Positions 24,915-34,183 of a DNA stretch of 35,477 nt are shown here, piece after piece (the stretch's first letter is position 1; every line of letters begins with the position of its first letter). Under the pieces are notes generated by a model, which saw only the letters and a list, made by a program, of their open reading frames with translations, searched no databases and was not told the DNA's origin. Source of the DNA: a virus. Its lineage: Duplodnaviria; Caudoviricetes. The stretch is taken from positions 1 to 35,477 of the IMG/VR virus record IMGVR_UViG_3300025437_000033, one strand, 5' to 3'. The translations under genes were made by a program, and so were the position numbers.

Positions 24915-27900
24915 ATGACAACGAATTTCAATGTAAGCCCTTATTTTGATGATTTTGATCCAACAAAGAATTTTCATCGTATTCTTTTTAAACCTGGTTT
25001 TGCTGTACAAGCTCGTGAATTAACTCAGTCACAAACAATTCTTCAGAATCAAATCTCTAATTTTGCTTCTGCAATCTATTCTCAGAACACACCAATCTCC
25101 GGCGGTAAAGTAACAACCAATTTAAATTGTTATTATATTCGTTTGAACCCCACATATAATGGTGTTTCTATTTCTGCTGGTAACTTTTTAAATAAAACAA
25201 TTACTGATGCAACTGGTACAATTCTTGCTAAAGTTATTGCTACTGCCGAAGGTGCCACAAACGGAGATCCACCCACATTAATCGTCACCTATATTTCTGG
25301 TGTACAATTTACTGACAATGCAATTATTACTCCAACCGATGGTTCAAACTTCCAAGCACAAGTATCACCGTCAGTAACAGGAACTCCATCTACTGGTTTT
25401 TCTTCTGTTGCTTCTATTTCTTCTGGTGTTTACTACATTGTCAATGGATATTCACAATCATCTACCGCTAATGCTGATGGTACATATACTCAATATTCTA
25501 TCGGTAACTTTGTACAAGTAAATCCACAAACAATCATTCTCAGTAAGTATAGTAATACACCATCATATCGTATTGGTTTAGAAATCAATGAGAACATTGT
25601 AACTTACTCTGGCGATTCTTCATTGTTGGATCCAGCGATTGGTGCTTCTAACTATCAGGCTCCAGGTGCAGACCGTTATCAAATCACTTTAACATTAACC
25701 ACATTCCCATTGACTGTTGGTAATGACCAAGCATTTATTGAATTGGTTCGTATTGTTGGTGGTGCAATTGTAAAACAAAATGATTCAACTGTATATTCTG
25801 CTATTGATGATTACTTTGCTAAACGTGATTATGAAACCAATGGTGATTATGTTGTTCAAGATTTTAAATTGACACCATCAGCAAATACATCTAATACACA
25901 ATCATACAATTTAAGCATTTCTAAAGGTATTGCTTATGTTCGTGGTTATCGTGTAGAGAATCAATCAACACAAACACTAAGCAATCCTCGTGCAAGAACA
26001 ACCAACACAGTAAATCCTAATTCTGTATTCATTGACTATGGTAATTACTTTGTTGTTGATACTGCCAATGGTGTGTTTGATGTAACAACACAACCTTCTG
26101 TTGATTTCCATTGTGTTCAAGCTGGAAACGTCAACTCAGCAAATGCAACAACATACGCTTCAACAGTAATTGGTACTGGTGTAATTAGAGGTTGGCAATA
26201 TGTTTCTTCTAATGCTTCAAACACTGCTTCTTATGTGTTCAATGCTTATGTCTCAGATATTGTAATGAACACTTTTACAGGTGCCACTACTTCTGCTACT
26301 GCTAGTACTATCACATTTAACGATCCAACAGATACATTCTCAACATCAGCAAATGCTTACTATGGTGCTTTGCTCACAATTACTTCTGGTACAGACGCTG
26401 GTGATTCAAGAACTATTGTTTCTTACAATTCTTCTACAAAGACCGCTACTGTAAATCAACCATTCACAGTTACACCAGATAGTACAAGTAAATTCTTGTT
26501 GTCATTTACAACAGCAAACATTGATGCAATTGCACAAAAAGGTGCAAACTATGGTTTGTCTGCCAATGCCAATATTAGTATTGTTGGTGGTGGTAAAACT
26601 GCCGCTACATTGGCATCACCAACAGTTCTTCAAGCTGGTGGAATGCCAGAGTTAGTTTTCCCTGTTGGTTATTCATATGTTGCTAACGTAGCAAACTCAA
26701 CATACTATACTACACAAGTATTCCGTAATCAAGGTTTCAACAATACAAGTAAGACTTTAACAATTAACACAACTGCACCTTTGGCATTCCAAGGTCCCTT
26801 GAATACTTCCATCTATGGTAGTCAGTTCAAACAATTGTTTACATTGATTAACAACTCTACTGGTCAGATTCTTGATTTTACTTATTCTGGCAATACTGCC
26901 AATATTACATCGGCAACTTCTGTAACATTTACTTCGCCTACTTATGGTGCTGTTTCAAACGTAACTGTTATTGCTGCCATGTATGTTGCTGGCGGTGATG
27001 CTTCTACCAATATTGTTAAAACAAAAACATTAGTTACTGGTAATACAACTTATGGTAGTACATCATTGAGTTCTGTTACTTCAAATACTTCTCTTGACCT
27101 TGTTAATGGACAAGCATATGTTTTGAATTCAGCAATTACTGCTAATGCCCCATTTTCATTGTATGTTACCGATGTTAAGAGAATTACTAAAATTATTGAT
27201 ACAGGTAGCACATCAGTAACCGCTTCTGGTCAATTGTTGTCCACATTTACCGACATTACAACATCATTTGCGTTAGATAATGGTCAACGAGATAGTCATT
27301 ATGACTTTGCTCAGTTATCTTTATTGCCTGGTGTACCTGCACCTAAAGGTAACATTTTAGTTTGCTTCAACTACTATTCACATGGTGGTGGTGATGGTTA
27401 CTTTAGTGTCAATTCTTACACAAATGAAACCTATTCTCAGATTCCTTTCTATACTGCTAAAGATGGTAACACTTATGCACTAAGAGATTGTATTGATTGG
27501 AGACCTTCAAAGGCCAATGGTACAACAGCATACTTTGGTGGTTGGGAATATAAGAATCCAGGTACTGCACAAAACATTTTAATTCCACAAAACAATACTA
27601 GTTACCAAAACCAGTATTCATATTATTTGGGAAGAAAAGATTTATTAGTTCTGACAAAAGATAGTCAGTTCAATATTATTCAAGGTACTCCATCAACTTC
27701 ACCACAGTATCCATCACAACCAAATGGTTCATTGTTATTGGCCAATTTGAATATGGATCCGTATACTGCTTATGTACCAGGTGAAAATCCTGATGGCATT
27801 ACACCTAACTTGTCTATTAACAAAGTATTGCATAAGCGTTGGGCTAAATCTGATATTACTGATTTACAAACACAAGTAAACAATTTAGAATACTATACAA

Positions 27901-30900
27901 CATTAAATGCTTTAGAACAACAAGCATCTGGTCTACAAGTATCTGATGTTAATGGTGTAGCACGACCAAACTTTGGTATTTTAGTTGATGACTTCAATTC
28001 ATTTGCCGCAGCAGATACAAACAATCCAAACTATGCCGCTAATATTAATATTAGAAAAGGCCAAATGGGTCCTGTTACTTCTGTAACTAATTTCCAATTA
28101 CAGAATCCTGTTGTATTGGCATCGTTAGGTAGTTTAGCGACTACTGCTGTCAACACATATGCTATTAATAATATCAATGGTACTGCTACAAACATTTACA
28201 CATTACCATACACAACTGCCAACTTGATTTCACAACCATTGGCAAGTAATACAATTAGTGTTAACCCATTCAGCGTAGTAACTTATCAAGGTTTTGCAAC
28301 TCTGAATCCTCCAATGGATAATTGGGTTAATACAGTTGAAGTACCATCTATTCTTATTACTGACCCATCATTACAGTTTAATCAACAAGCTGGCGGTTTA
28401 AATTTAACCAATGGTGGTGACTTTGCTTCATTGCCAGGAACAACATCTGTTGTTTCATCTTCACAGACTGGCGTAGGTGCTTTAAGTGGAACAAACTCTA
28501 CTTCAACACCATTACAACAAGGTGGTACAGCATCAAGCAGTTCATATGTTGCCGTACCTACACAAACTTATGTAAGTCAGATTGTTGGTTTGAATAATGC
28601 ACAAACTTCAACCGCAACAAGTCCTGCTTTAGTATCAGCAGATGGTTATGTAACAAACAATGCTGTATTGCCTAACATCCGCCCGCAAGAGATTATTGTA
28701 AGAGCTGGCGGTATGTTGGTTAATACTCCTGTTTCTTGCTGGTTCGATGGTCAAAACGTAAATCAATACATGACAATGCCAAACACCATTGAATTGACTG
28801 GTGTTACTGGAACATTTAACGTAGATGATATTATTGGTTTCTATGAGTCCAATATTTCTACATTCTTCCCTATTGCTCGTGTAATTTCTGTATACAACTA
28901 TCCAAATGGCACTTCTGTTCGTTTGTATGTTGCAACAATGATTCAAGTACCACAGACAGTTACAACAGCACAGTTACAAAATGCTTTCTTTAATATCAAT
29001 GGAACATACCAAGGTTCTACTGCTGCTGGCACAGTAACATTCTCTGCCAATTCAATGCACTCAATCCATAACTCTGGTGTTGTTTCTGGTGTTGGTGGTA
29101 GTTTCACTTCTGCTTCAACAAGTACACCAACCAACATCTTTGCTTGTCAGACAGTAAGTAATTGGGCATCATTTACAAATACTTATGGTGTATGGGGCGA
29201 CCAAAACAATGGTGGCTCTTATAGTACTACATTCCCATTCACACCAGCAAGCACAGGAACATATACAGTAACTTATGCTGGTGCTGATACAGTTAGTGGT
29301 TCAATCACAGTTGGTGGTACAACAATTAGTACCGGAACATTAGTTGCTGAAAGTACAAAGAGTACAACAATTAGTTTAACATCAGGCGTTGCTGCAAACG
29401 TTTCTTGGTCATTGACTAATTCTGGTTTGTATCAATACTATGCCGGTCCTGCCGTTGCTGTAACAATTACTGATCCAACAGGAAACATTGTTTGGAACTC
29501 CAGAACACCATCAGGATTAAGTTACGCTGCAATTGGTAGTGAATATTCAATGCCAGGCGGTGGCTCAATGTTTGTGGGTGCTACACAAGTACAATTAGAT
29601 GCTAATGCCAATTCATCATCTAATAGTTACTACTATGGTGCAGCAATTTCAATTAAGACCACATACACTTATAACTACAACTATGGTGCAGTTTATTATC
29701 CACCTCCTCCACCATTCTCTGGTGACGGAGATAGTGCTAACGTAAATCGTTATAACACAGCGGTATCACAATACAATAATCAAATTGCTGCAAGTTCTAA
29801 TCAGGCAAAAACATCTACGATTACATTGTCATCTACTGCTATCTACAATGCCAATATTACATCGTACAATGCTGTAACTAGAACTGTAACATTAGATAAA
29901 GGTGTTAACCTTTCTTTTGGTACAAATAGTATTTACGGCAATATGAATTCACAATACAATATTACAGGTAATGTGGGCTCTGTAGCTGCTGCAATTCATT
30001 CAGGTAATACAATTCCACAATTGTCTACTGATGAACATGGTCAATTTGTAGCAATCTTCAACGTACCTGGTTCTGTATTCTATACAGGTCAACGAGTATT
30101 CCGTATTGATAATCGTGTAATTCCAACACAACCTTCGTCTGCTACAACATATGCTGAAGCAACATTCTATGCTACTGGTCTACAAACAATCAACCAGAAC
30201 TTGAACTATGCCGCTTCAGTTGATGCTTCTTCTACAACAATAACACAAACCAATAATCAAGGTTACAACATTGTTGCTCAGACACCAAACATTGATCCGT
30301 TGGCACAAACATTTATTATCAGTAAACAGAATTATCCAAATGGTGCTTTCTTAAACTCTGTTAATTTGTTCTTTGCTCCGTTTACAAGTAATACTGTGCC
30401 TAGTTCACCTGTTACTGTATCGATTGTTGGTACATTGAATGGTTATCCAAATGGTCAAACATTACCATACTCAACTGTAACATTGAACGCAAATCAGATT
30501 AATACTTCTTTGGCACCAAATAGTGCTAATGCTTCGACATATACAACATTTACATTCCCAGCACCAGTATACATTCAACCTGGTGTATTGTATGCCTTTG
30601 TTGTACAATCTAGTTCATCTGCTTATAACTTGTATTATGGCGAACAAAACAAAGTTGCTATTGCTTCTTCTGCCAATACAACCAGTTCTTCAATTGCAAC
30701 TAAGATTGGTCAAGCACCATATGTTGGCGCTCTGTTTGAATCACAAAACTCCATTACATGGACTGCTGACCAAACTAAAGATTTGATGTTTACAATTAAC
30801 CAATGTGTGTTTAATACTACAACTACACCACAGGTACAATTTGTAACACCGTTCAATCTGCCATATAGAAAATTAGGTCGTCAAGATATTTTACAAAAGT

Positions 30901-31994
30901 TGAGTGCAAACTCAGTACCAAACGTATACAGTTTGTATTCACCAAGTCAAGTAATGGATGCTTTCAATGTATCAACTACTGACTTTATTCCTTCTTCGAC
31001 ATCTATTAACTATGCTTATCAAACAACATTGTTGAATGGTAATGCTCAAACAGGCCTTACACCAGTAACACCTGGTCGTTTTGGTACACCAACACAAGAT
31101 AACATTTATTTGAATGATGGTAATGGTGAGCGTGTATTGTTAAAGAACTCAAATACATCATTCCAATTATTTGCTACATTATCTTCAAACGATCCAAATG
31201 TAAGTCCAGTTATTTGTGATGATGGTTTATCATTGTATAACATCATCTATCACGTTAATAATATGGGTATTGATGGTAACATTATTACTGTGGCCAACAC
31301 AGGCGCAAGTTATAATGCTAATACATTGTCTATTGTTATCACTTCAGGCATAACCAATTCTAATACAACAAACGATTTGGGTACAACAGATTTACCTGTA
31401 TTCGGTTATACACAAAATACAACTACTGGCGGCATTACATCCATCTACACAACTTATCCAGGTTCTGGTTATTTGGTAACACCAACTATTACTGTATACG
31501 ATCCAACAAGTCGTACAACATCTACAGCGAATGCTCAGATTGTTGTTGCTGGTGAAACATCTAAGAATGGTGGTAATGGATATGCCAAGTACTTCACCAA
31601 GAAAGTAGTCATGCCAGCAGGTAATGATTCTGGTGACCTTCGTGTATACATTGATGCTTACAGACCACCTAATACTCAAATCTATGTTTACTATAAAATT
31701 TTGAGTTCTGCTGATACACAAGTATTTGAGAATCAAAACTGGCAGTTAATGACCAATACATTGAACTATACAAACTATTCAACAAATAGAAATAGTATTA
31801 TTGAATATGAGTATGCTCCTGGTATTAACAACTTGGCCAACAACAATATTTCTTATACAAGTACAAGTGGCATTAGTTACAATAACTTCATTCAGTTTGC
31901 TATCAAAGTTGTTATTACTACACCAGATAGAACTAATGTTCCATTCTTACAAGATATTCGTGCAGTAGCATTACCAGCAGGAACAGGAATTTAA
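24915..31994 (+). CDS. Very large virion structural protein (DUF4815/VrlC-like, cyanomyovirus-type)
   Basis: NFNVSPYFDDFD..KNFHRILFKPG.AVQARELTQ.QTILQNQ, APGADRY, DNGQRD..YD, LEYYT.LN.LE, G.LVD.F, DPLAQTF, LFESQN..TWT.DQ..DL.F, C-terminal FAIK.V.......P...D.RAVAL. Confidence 0.85.
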   Translation: MTTNFNVSPYFDDFDPTKNFHRILFKPGFAVQARELTQSQTILQNQISNFASAIYSQNTPISGGKVTTNLNCYYIRLNPTYNGVSISAGNFLNKTITDATGTILAKVIATAEGATNGDPPTLIVTYISGVQFTDNAIITPTDGSNFQAQVSPSVTGTPSTGFSSVASISSGVYYIVNGYSQSSTANADGTYTQYSIGNFVQVNPQTIILSKYSNTPSYRIGLEINENIVTYSGDSSLLDPAIGASNYQAPGADRYQITLTLTTFPLTVGNDQAFIELVRIVGGAIVKQNDSTVYSAIDDYFAKRDYETNGDYVVQDFKLTPSANTSNTQSYNLSISKGIAYVRGYRVENQSTQTLSNPRARTTNTVNPNSVFIDYGNYFVVDTANGVFDVTTQPSVDFHCVQAGNVNSANATTYASTVIGTGVIRGWQYVSSNASNTASYVFNAYVSDIVMNTFTGATTSATASTITFNDPTDTFSTSANAYYGALLTITSGTDAGDSRTIVSYNSSTKTATVNQPFTVTPDSTSKFLLSFTTANIDAIAQKGANYGLSANANISIVGGGKTAATLASPTVLQAGGMPELVFPVGYSYVANVANSTYYTTQVFRNQGFNNTSKTLTINTTAPLAFQGPLNTSIYGSQFKQLFTLINNSTGQILDFTYSGNTANITSATSVTFTSPTYGAVSNVTVIAAMYVAGGDASTNIVKTKTLVTGNTTYGSTSLSSVTSNTSLDLVNGQAYVLNSAITANAPFSLYVTDVKRITKIIDTGSTSVTASGQLLSTFTDITTSFALDNGQRDSHYDFAQLSLLPGVPAPKGNILVCFNYYSHGGGDGYFSVNSYTNETYSQIPFYTAKDGNTYALRDCIDWRPSKANGTTAYFGGWEYKNPGTAQNILIPQNNTSYQNQYSYYLGRKDLLVLTKDSQFNIIQGTPSTSPQYPSQPNGSLLLANLNMDPYTAYVPGENPDGITPNLSINKVLHKRWAKSDITDLQTQVNNLEYYTTLNALEQQASGLQVSDVNGVARPNFGILVDDFNSFAAADTNNPNYAANINIRKGQMGPVTSVTNFQLQNPVVLASLGSLATTAVNTYAINNINGTATNIYTLPYTTANLISQPLASNTISVNPFSVVTYQGFATLNPPMDNWVNTVEVPSILITDPSLQFNQQAGGLNLTNGGDFASLPGTTSVVSSSQTGVGALSGTNSTSTPLQQGGTASSSSYVAVPTQTYVSQIVGLNNAQTSTATSPALVSADGYVTNNAVLPNIRPQEIIVRAGGMLVNTPVSCWFDGQNVNQYMTMPNTIELTGVTGTFNVDDIIGFYESNISTFFPIARVISVYNYPNGTSVRLYVATMIQVPQTVTTAQLQNAFFNINGTYQGSTAAGTVTFSANSMHSIHNSGVVSGVGGSFTSASTSTPTNIFACQTVSNWASFTNTYGVWGDQNNGGSYSTTFPFTPASTGTYTVTYAGADTVSGSITVGGTTISTGTLVAESTKSTTISLTSGVAANVSWSLTNSGLYQYYAGPAVAVTITDPTGNIVWNSRTPSGLSYAAIGSEYSMPGGGSMFVGATQVQLDANANSSSNSYYYGAAISIKTTYTYNYNYGAVYYPPPPPFSGDGDSANVNRYNTAVSQYNNQIAASSNQAKTSTITLSSTAIYNANITSYNAVTRTVTLDKGVNLSFGTNSIYGNMNSQYNITGNVGSVAAAIHSGNTIPQLSTDEHGQFVAIFNVPGSVFYTGQRVFRIDNRVIPTQPSSATTYAEATFYATGLQTINQNLNYAASVDASSTTITQTNNQGYNIVAQTPNIDPLAQTFIISKQNYPNGAFLNSVNLFFAPFTSNTVPSSPVTVSIVGTLNGYPNGQTLPYSTVTLNANQINTSLAPNSANASTYTTFTFPAPVYIQPGVLYAFVVQSSSSAYNLYYGEQNKVAIASSANTTSSSIATKIGQAPYVGALFESQNSITWTADQTKDLMFTINQCVFNTTTTPQVQFVTPFNLPYRKLGRQDILQKLSANSVPNVYSLYSPSQVMDAFNVSTTDFIPSSTSINYAYQTTLLNGNAQTGLTPVTPGRFGTPTQDNIYLNDGNGERVLLKNSNTSFQLFATLSSNDPNVSPVICDDGLSLYNIIYHVNNMGIDGNIITVANTGASYNANTLSIVITSGITNSNTTNDLGTTDLPVFGYTQNTTTGGITSIYTTYPGSGYLVTPTITVYDPTSRTTSTANAQIVVAGETSKNGGNGYAKYFTKKVVMPAGNDSGDLRVYIDAYRPPNTQIYVYYKILSSADTQVFENQNWQLMTNTLNYTNYSTNRNSIIEYEYAPGINNLANNNISYTSTSGISYNNFIQFAIKVVITTPDRTNVPFLQDIRAVALPAGTGI

Positions 31995-31995
31995 T

Positions 31996-32223
31996 ATGTA
32001 CGTTAAAGTAAAAGACGCTAATTTTATTAGAGACACTAACTCAATGGCTCTTATCAATACGGACCGTAAGGCAATTAATGATTACCAAGAAAAAGTCCGT
32101 ATGGCAAAGATCCAAAAAGAAGAAATAAATAACATTAAATCTGAAATTGCTGACGTTAGAAATGATGTACAAGATATTAAGATGATGATAACAAAACTAT
32201 TGGATAAAAATTTAAATGGCTAA
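31996..32223 (+). CDS. Small coiled-coil protein
   Basis: VKV....FIRD..S.A.IN.D followed by heptads; translationally coupled to its neighbours. Confidence 0.75.
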   Translation: MYVKVKDANFIRDTNSMALINTDRKAINDYQEKVRMAKIQKEEINNIKSEIADVRNDVQDIKMMITKLLDKNLNG

Positions 32224-33565
32224 TACAGTATCCCTATTAAGTTACGCCAACACCTTCGGTGATTGGGTGGTTACAACCAATTTTTTGACACAACAAAATA
32301 ATAATCTTGTAGCTAACAACTATGTTAAATCCACAGGAACATTGTATCTTAATGATCCAAGTCTAGGTTTACAGGTTGCTAACGGTGCCATTTTTGCTGG
32401 TGCCATGCAAGTACAAGGTCTTGGTTCTTCTGCTTCTATTCAAAATACATTATCGGTTGGCGGTTTAGCAACATTCTCAAATACTACACAAAGTATTACA
32501 ACTTCAGGTCCTGTAACTGCTGGCGGTCAGTTATCTGCTACTGGTTCAGGTACAGGTTTATATGTTGCCAATAATGCCACAGTCAATGGTATTTTAACTG
32601 TCTCTCAAAATACTAACGTAACCGGTGCATTAACTGTTTTTGGTCCTACAAGTATAAGTGGTGTAACAGCAGTAAGTAATACATTCAGTACTACTGGTGC
32701 AGTCTCGTTTGGTTCTACTGGTGCATTTACAGGTAGTGTTACGGCACCATCGTTTATCGCTGGTACTAGCATGGCAACACAATTTTTGTCTGTTAGTAAT
32801 CCTGCTGGTGCCACGGTTAACGGTTCTTCAATTATCACAGCCGCAACTTATAACACTTATGCTCCTTCACTTACTGGTCTTGGTGCTTCTGGTACATGGC
32901 CTATTAATATTACAGGTAACGCAGCGGGTAGTGCAAACTCAGCCACAAACGTAACTGGCGGAAGTGTATTTGCTGCTAACGTGACATCTACTGGTGCTGT
33001 AAGTGGTACGACAGGTACATTCTCAGGACAAATTCAACAGTATGGTGATATTGGTGTAACAGGAACTCCAAATATTGGTATTCGTGGATCTTCCGCAGGT
33101 GTCTTATCCTTTTATGACGTAAAAGATCCTGATTCTGGTATATACAACTACAGCATGAAAATGGATGGTGGATCCATAACTTTTGGTTATTCAACGACAA
33201 ATTCTGCTTACGATTATGGCACAACTAAATTTACTTTTGATAGTGCCGGAAATCTCACGGCTGCTGCCAATATTACCGCCTATTCTGATGAACGATTAAA
33301 GAAAAATTGGAAAAATTTATCAACAAATTTTGTAGAACAATTATCTAAAGTCAAGAACGGTACCTATGACCGTATTGATGAAAATGTTACACAAGTCGGT
33401 GTATCCGCTCAATCCTTACAACAAGTCATGCCTGAAGCTGTAATGGAAGATAAAGAAGGTACATTATCGGTTGCTTATGGTAATGCCGCTTTGGCCGCAG
33501 TAGTTGAACTTTCTAAAGAAATCGTCAAATTAAGGGCCGAAATAAAGGAATTAAAGAAAAAGTAA
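32216..33565 (+). CDS. Tail fibre with C-terminal peptidase S74 intramolecular chaperone
   Basis: N-terminal ANTFGDW...TN, beta-repeats, then ITAYSDERLKKN...GVSAQSLQ.VMPEAV...LSVAYGN...coiled coil. Confidence 0.85.
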   Translation: MANTVSLLSYANTFGDWVVTTNFLTQQNNNLVANNYVKSTGTLYLNDPSLGLQVANGAIFAGAMQVQGLGSSASIQNTLSVGGLATFSNTTQSITTSGPVTAGGQLSATGSGTGLYVANNATVNGILTVSQNTNVTGALTVFGPTSISGVTAVSNTFSTTGAVSFGSTGAFTGSVTAPSFIAGTSMATQFLSVSNPAGATVNGSSIITAATYNTYAPSLTGLGASGTWPINITGNAAGSANSATNVTGGSVFAANVTSTGAVSGTTGTFSGQIQQYGDIGVTGTPNIGIRGSSAGVLSFYDVKDPDSGIYNYSMKMDGGSITFGYSTTNSAYDYGTTKFTFDSAGNLTAAANITAYSDERLKKNWKNLSTNFVEQLSKVKNGTYDRIDENVTQVGVSAQSLQQVMPEAVMEDKEGTLSVAYGNAALAAVVELSKEIVKLRAEIKELKKK

Positions 33566-33577
33566 GGTAGGCATTGA

Positions 33578-33585
33578 CATAAATA
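33578..33585 (+). promoter_or_regulatory. Late promoter
   Basis: CATAAATA in the intergenic gap, 34 nt before ATG 33620, with an AGGA SD in between. Confidence 0.6.
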
Positions 33586-33619
33586 TCCAGTAGGATAATA
33601 AGAATATCAGGAAATTTAA

Positions 33620-33955
33620 ATGCCAGCAGCCTATCAAAATCTCTATATAGAACAAGGTACTACATACTCAACATCAATTGTTATTGATGACGTATACAAT
33701 GATCCATACAATTTGAGTGGTTATACAGCAGCCAGTCAAATTCGTTATTCTTATTACGCAGCAAATTCAACAGCAACATTTGCTACTGCTCTTAATGCCT
33801 CCTCTGGAACAATAACATTGTCTTTAAGTGCTGCTCAAACAGCCAATATTGCTCCAGGTCGATATGTGTTTGATACTATTATTACTGATGGTGTAGGAAA
33901 TGTGACTAGAATTTTAGAAGGTATTGCTGAAATTTCTCCATCCGTTACGAGGTAA
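33620..33955 (+). CDS. Small Ig-like virion adaptor protein (BppU-N-like)
   Basis: NLYIEQG.T......D....PYNL.GYT..SQIR.SY, G.ITLSL.A.QT.....GRYV.D, RILEG...ISP.VT. Confidence 0.75.
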   Translation: MPAAYQNLYIEQGTTYSTSIVIDDVYNDPYNLSGYTAASQIRYSYYAANSTATFATALNASSGTITLSLSAAQTANIAPGRYVFDTIITDGVGNVTRILEGIAEISPSVTR

Positions 33956-33958
33956 TAA

Positions 33959-34183
33959 ATGGGTCAAATAATTGGGACAGTAAATGTCCAAGTAGGGTCA
34001 GCAACAACACCCCGAATTAACTCTATCAGTTATGGTGGTAAAAACACCATTCTAGGTGCGGCTGACTTGAACGCAACAAATGCGATTAACTTAGACGTTA
34101 TTACCTATCAAGCGAATACGAATTCTTTTGTATTATCTCCAGCTGGTCAAGCCATCACAAATATTGATGGAGGATTTTTCTAA
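33959..34183 (+). CDS. Small hypothetical virion protein ending in a DGGxF motif
   Basis: 74-aa ORF with GAGG SD; ends IDGGFF. Confidence 0.7.
   Translation: MGQIIGTVNVQVGSATTPRINSISYGGKNTILGAADLNATNAINLDVITYQANTNSFVLSPAGQAITNIDGGFF

Noticed and set aside
33574-33602. Sigma70 promoter from TTGACA at 33574
   Set aside because: No -10 box at 16-18 bp (GATAAT is only 14 bp away). The overlapping CATAAATA late motif explains the site better.
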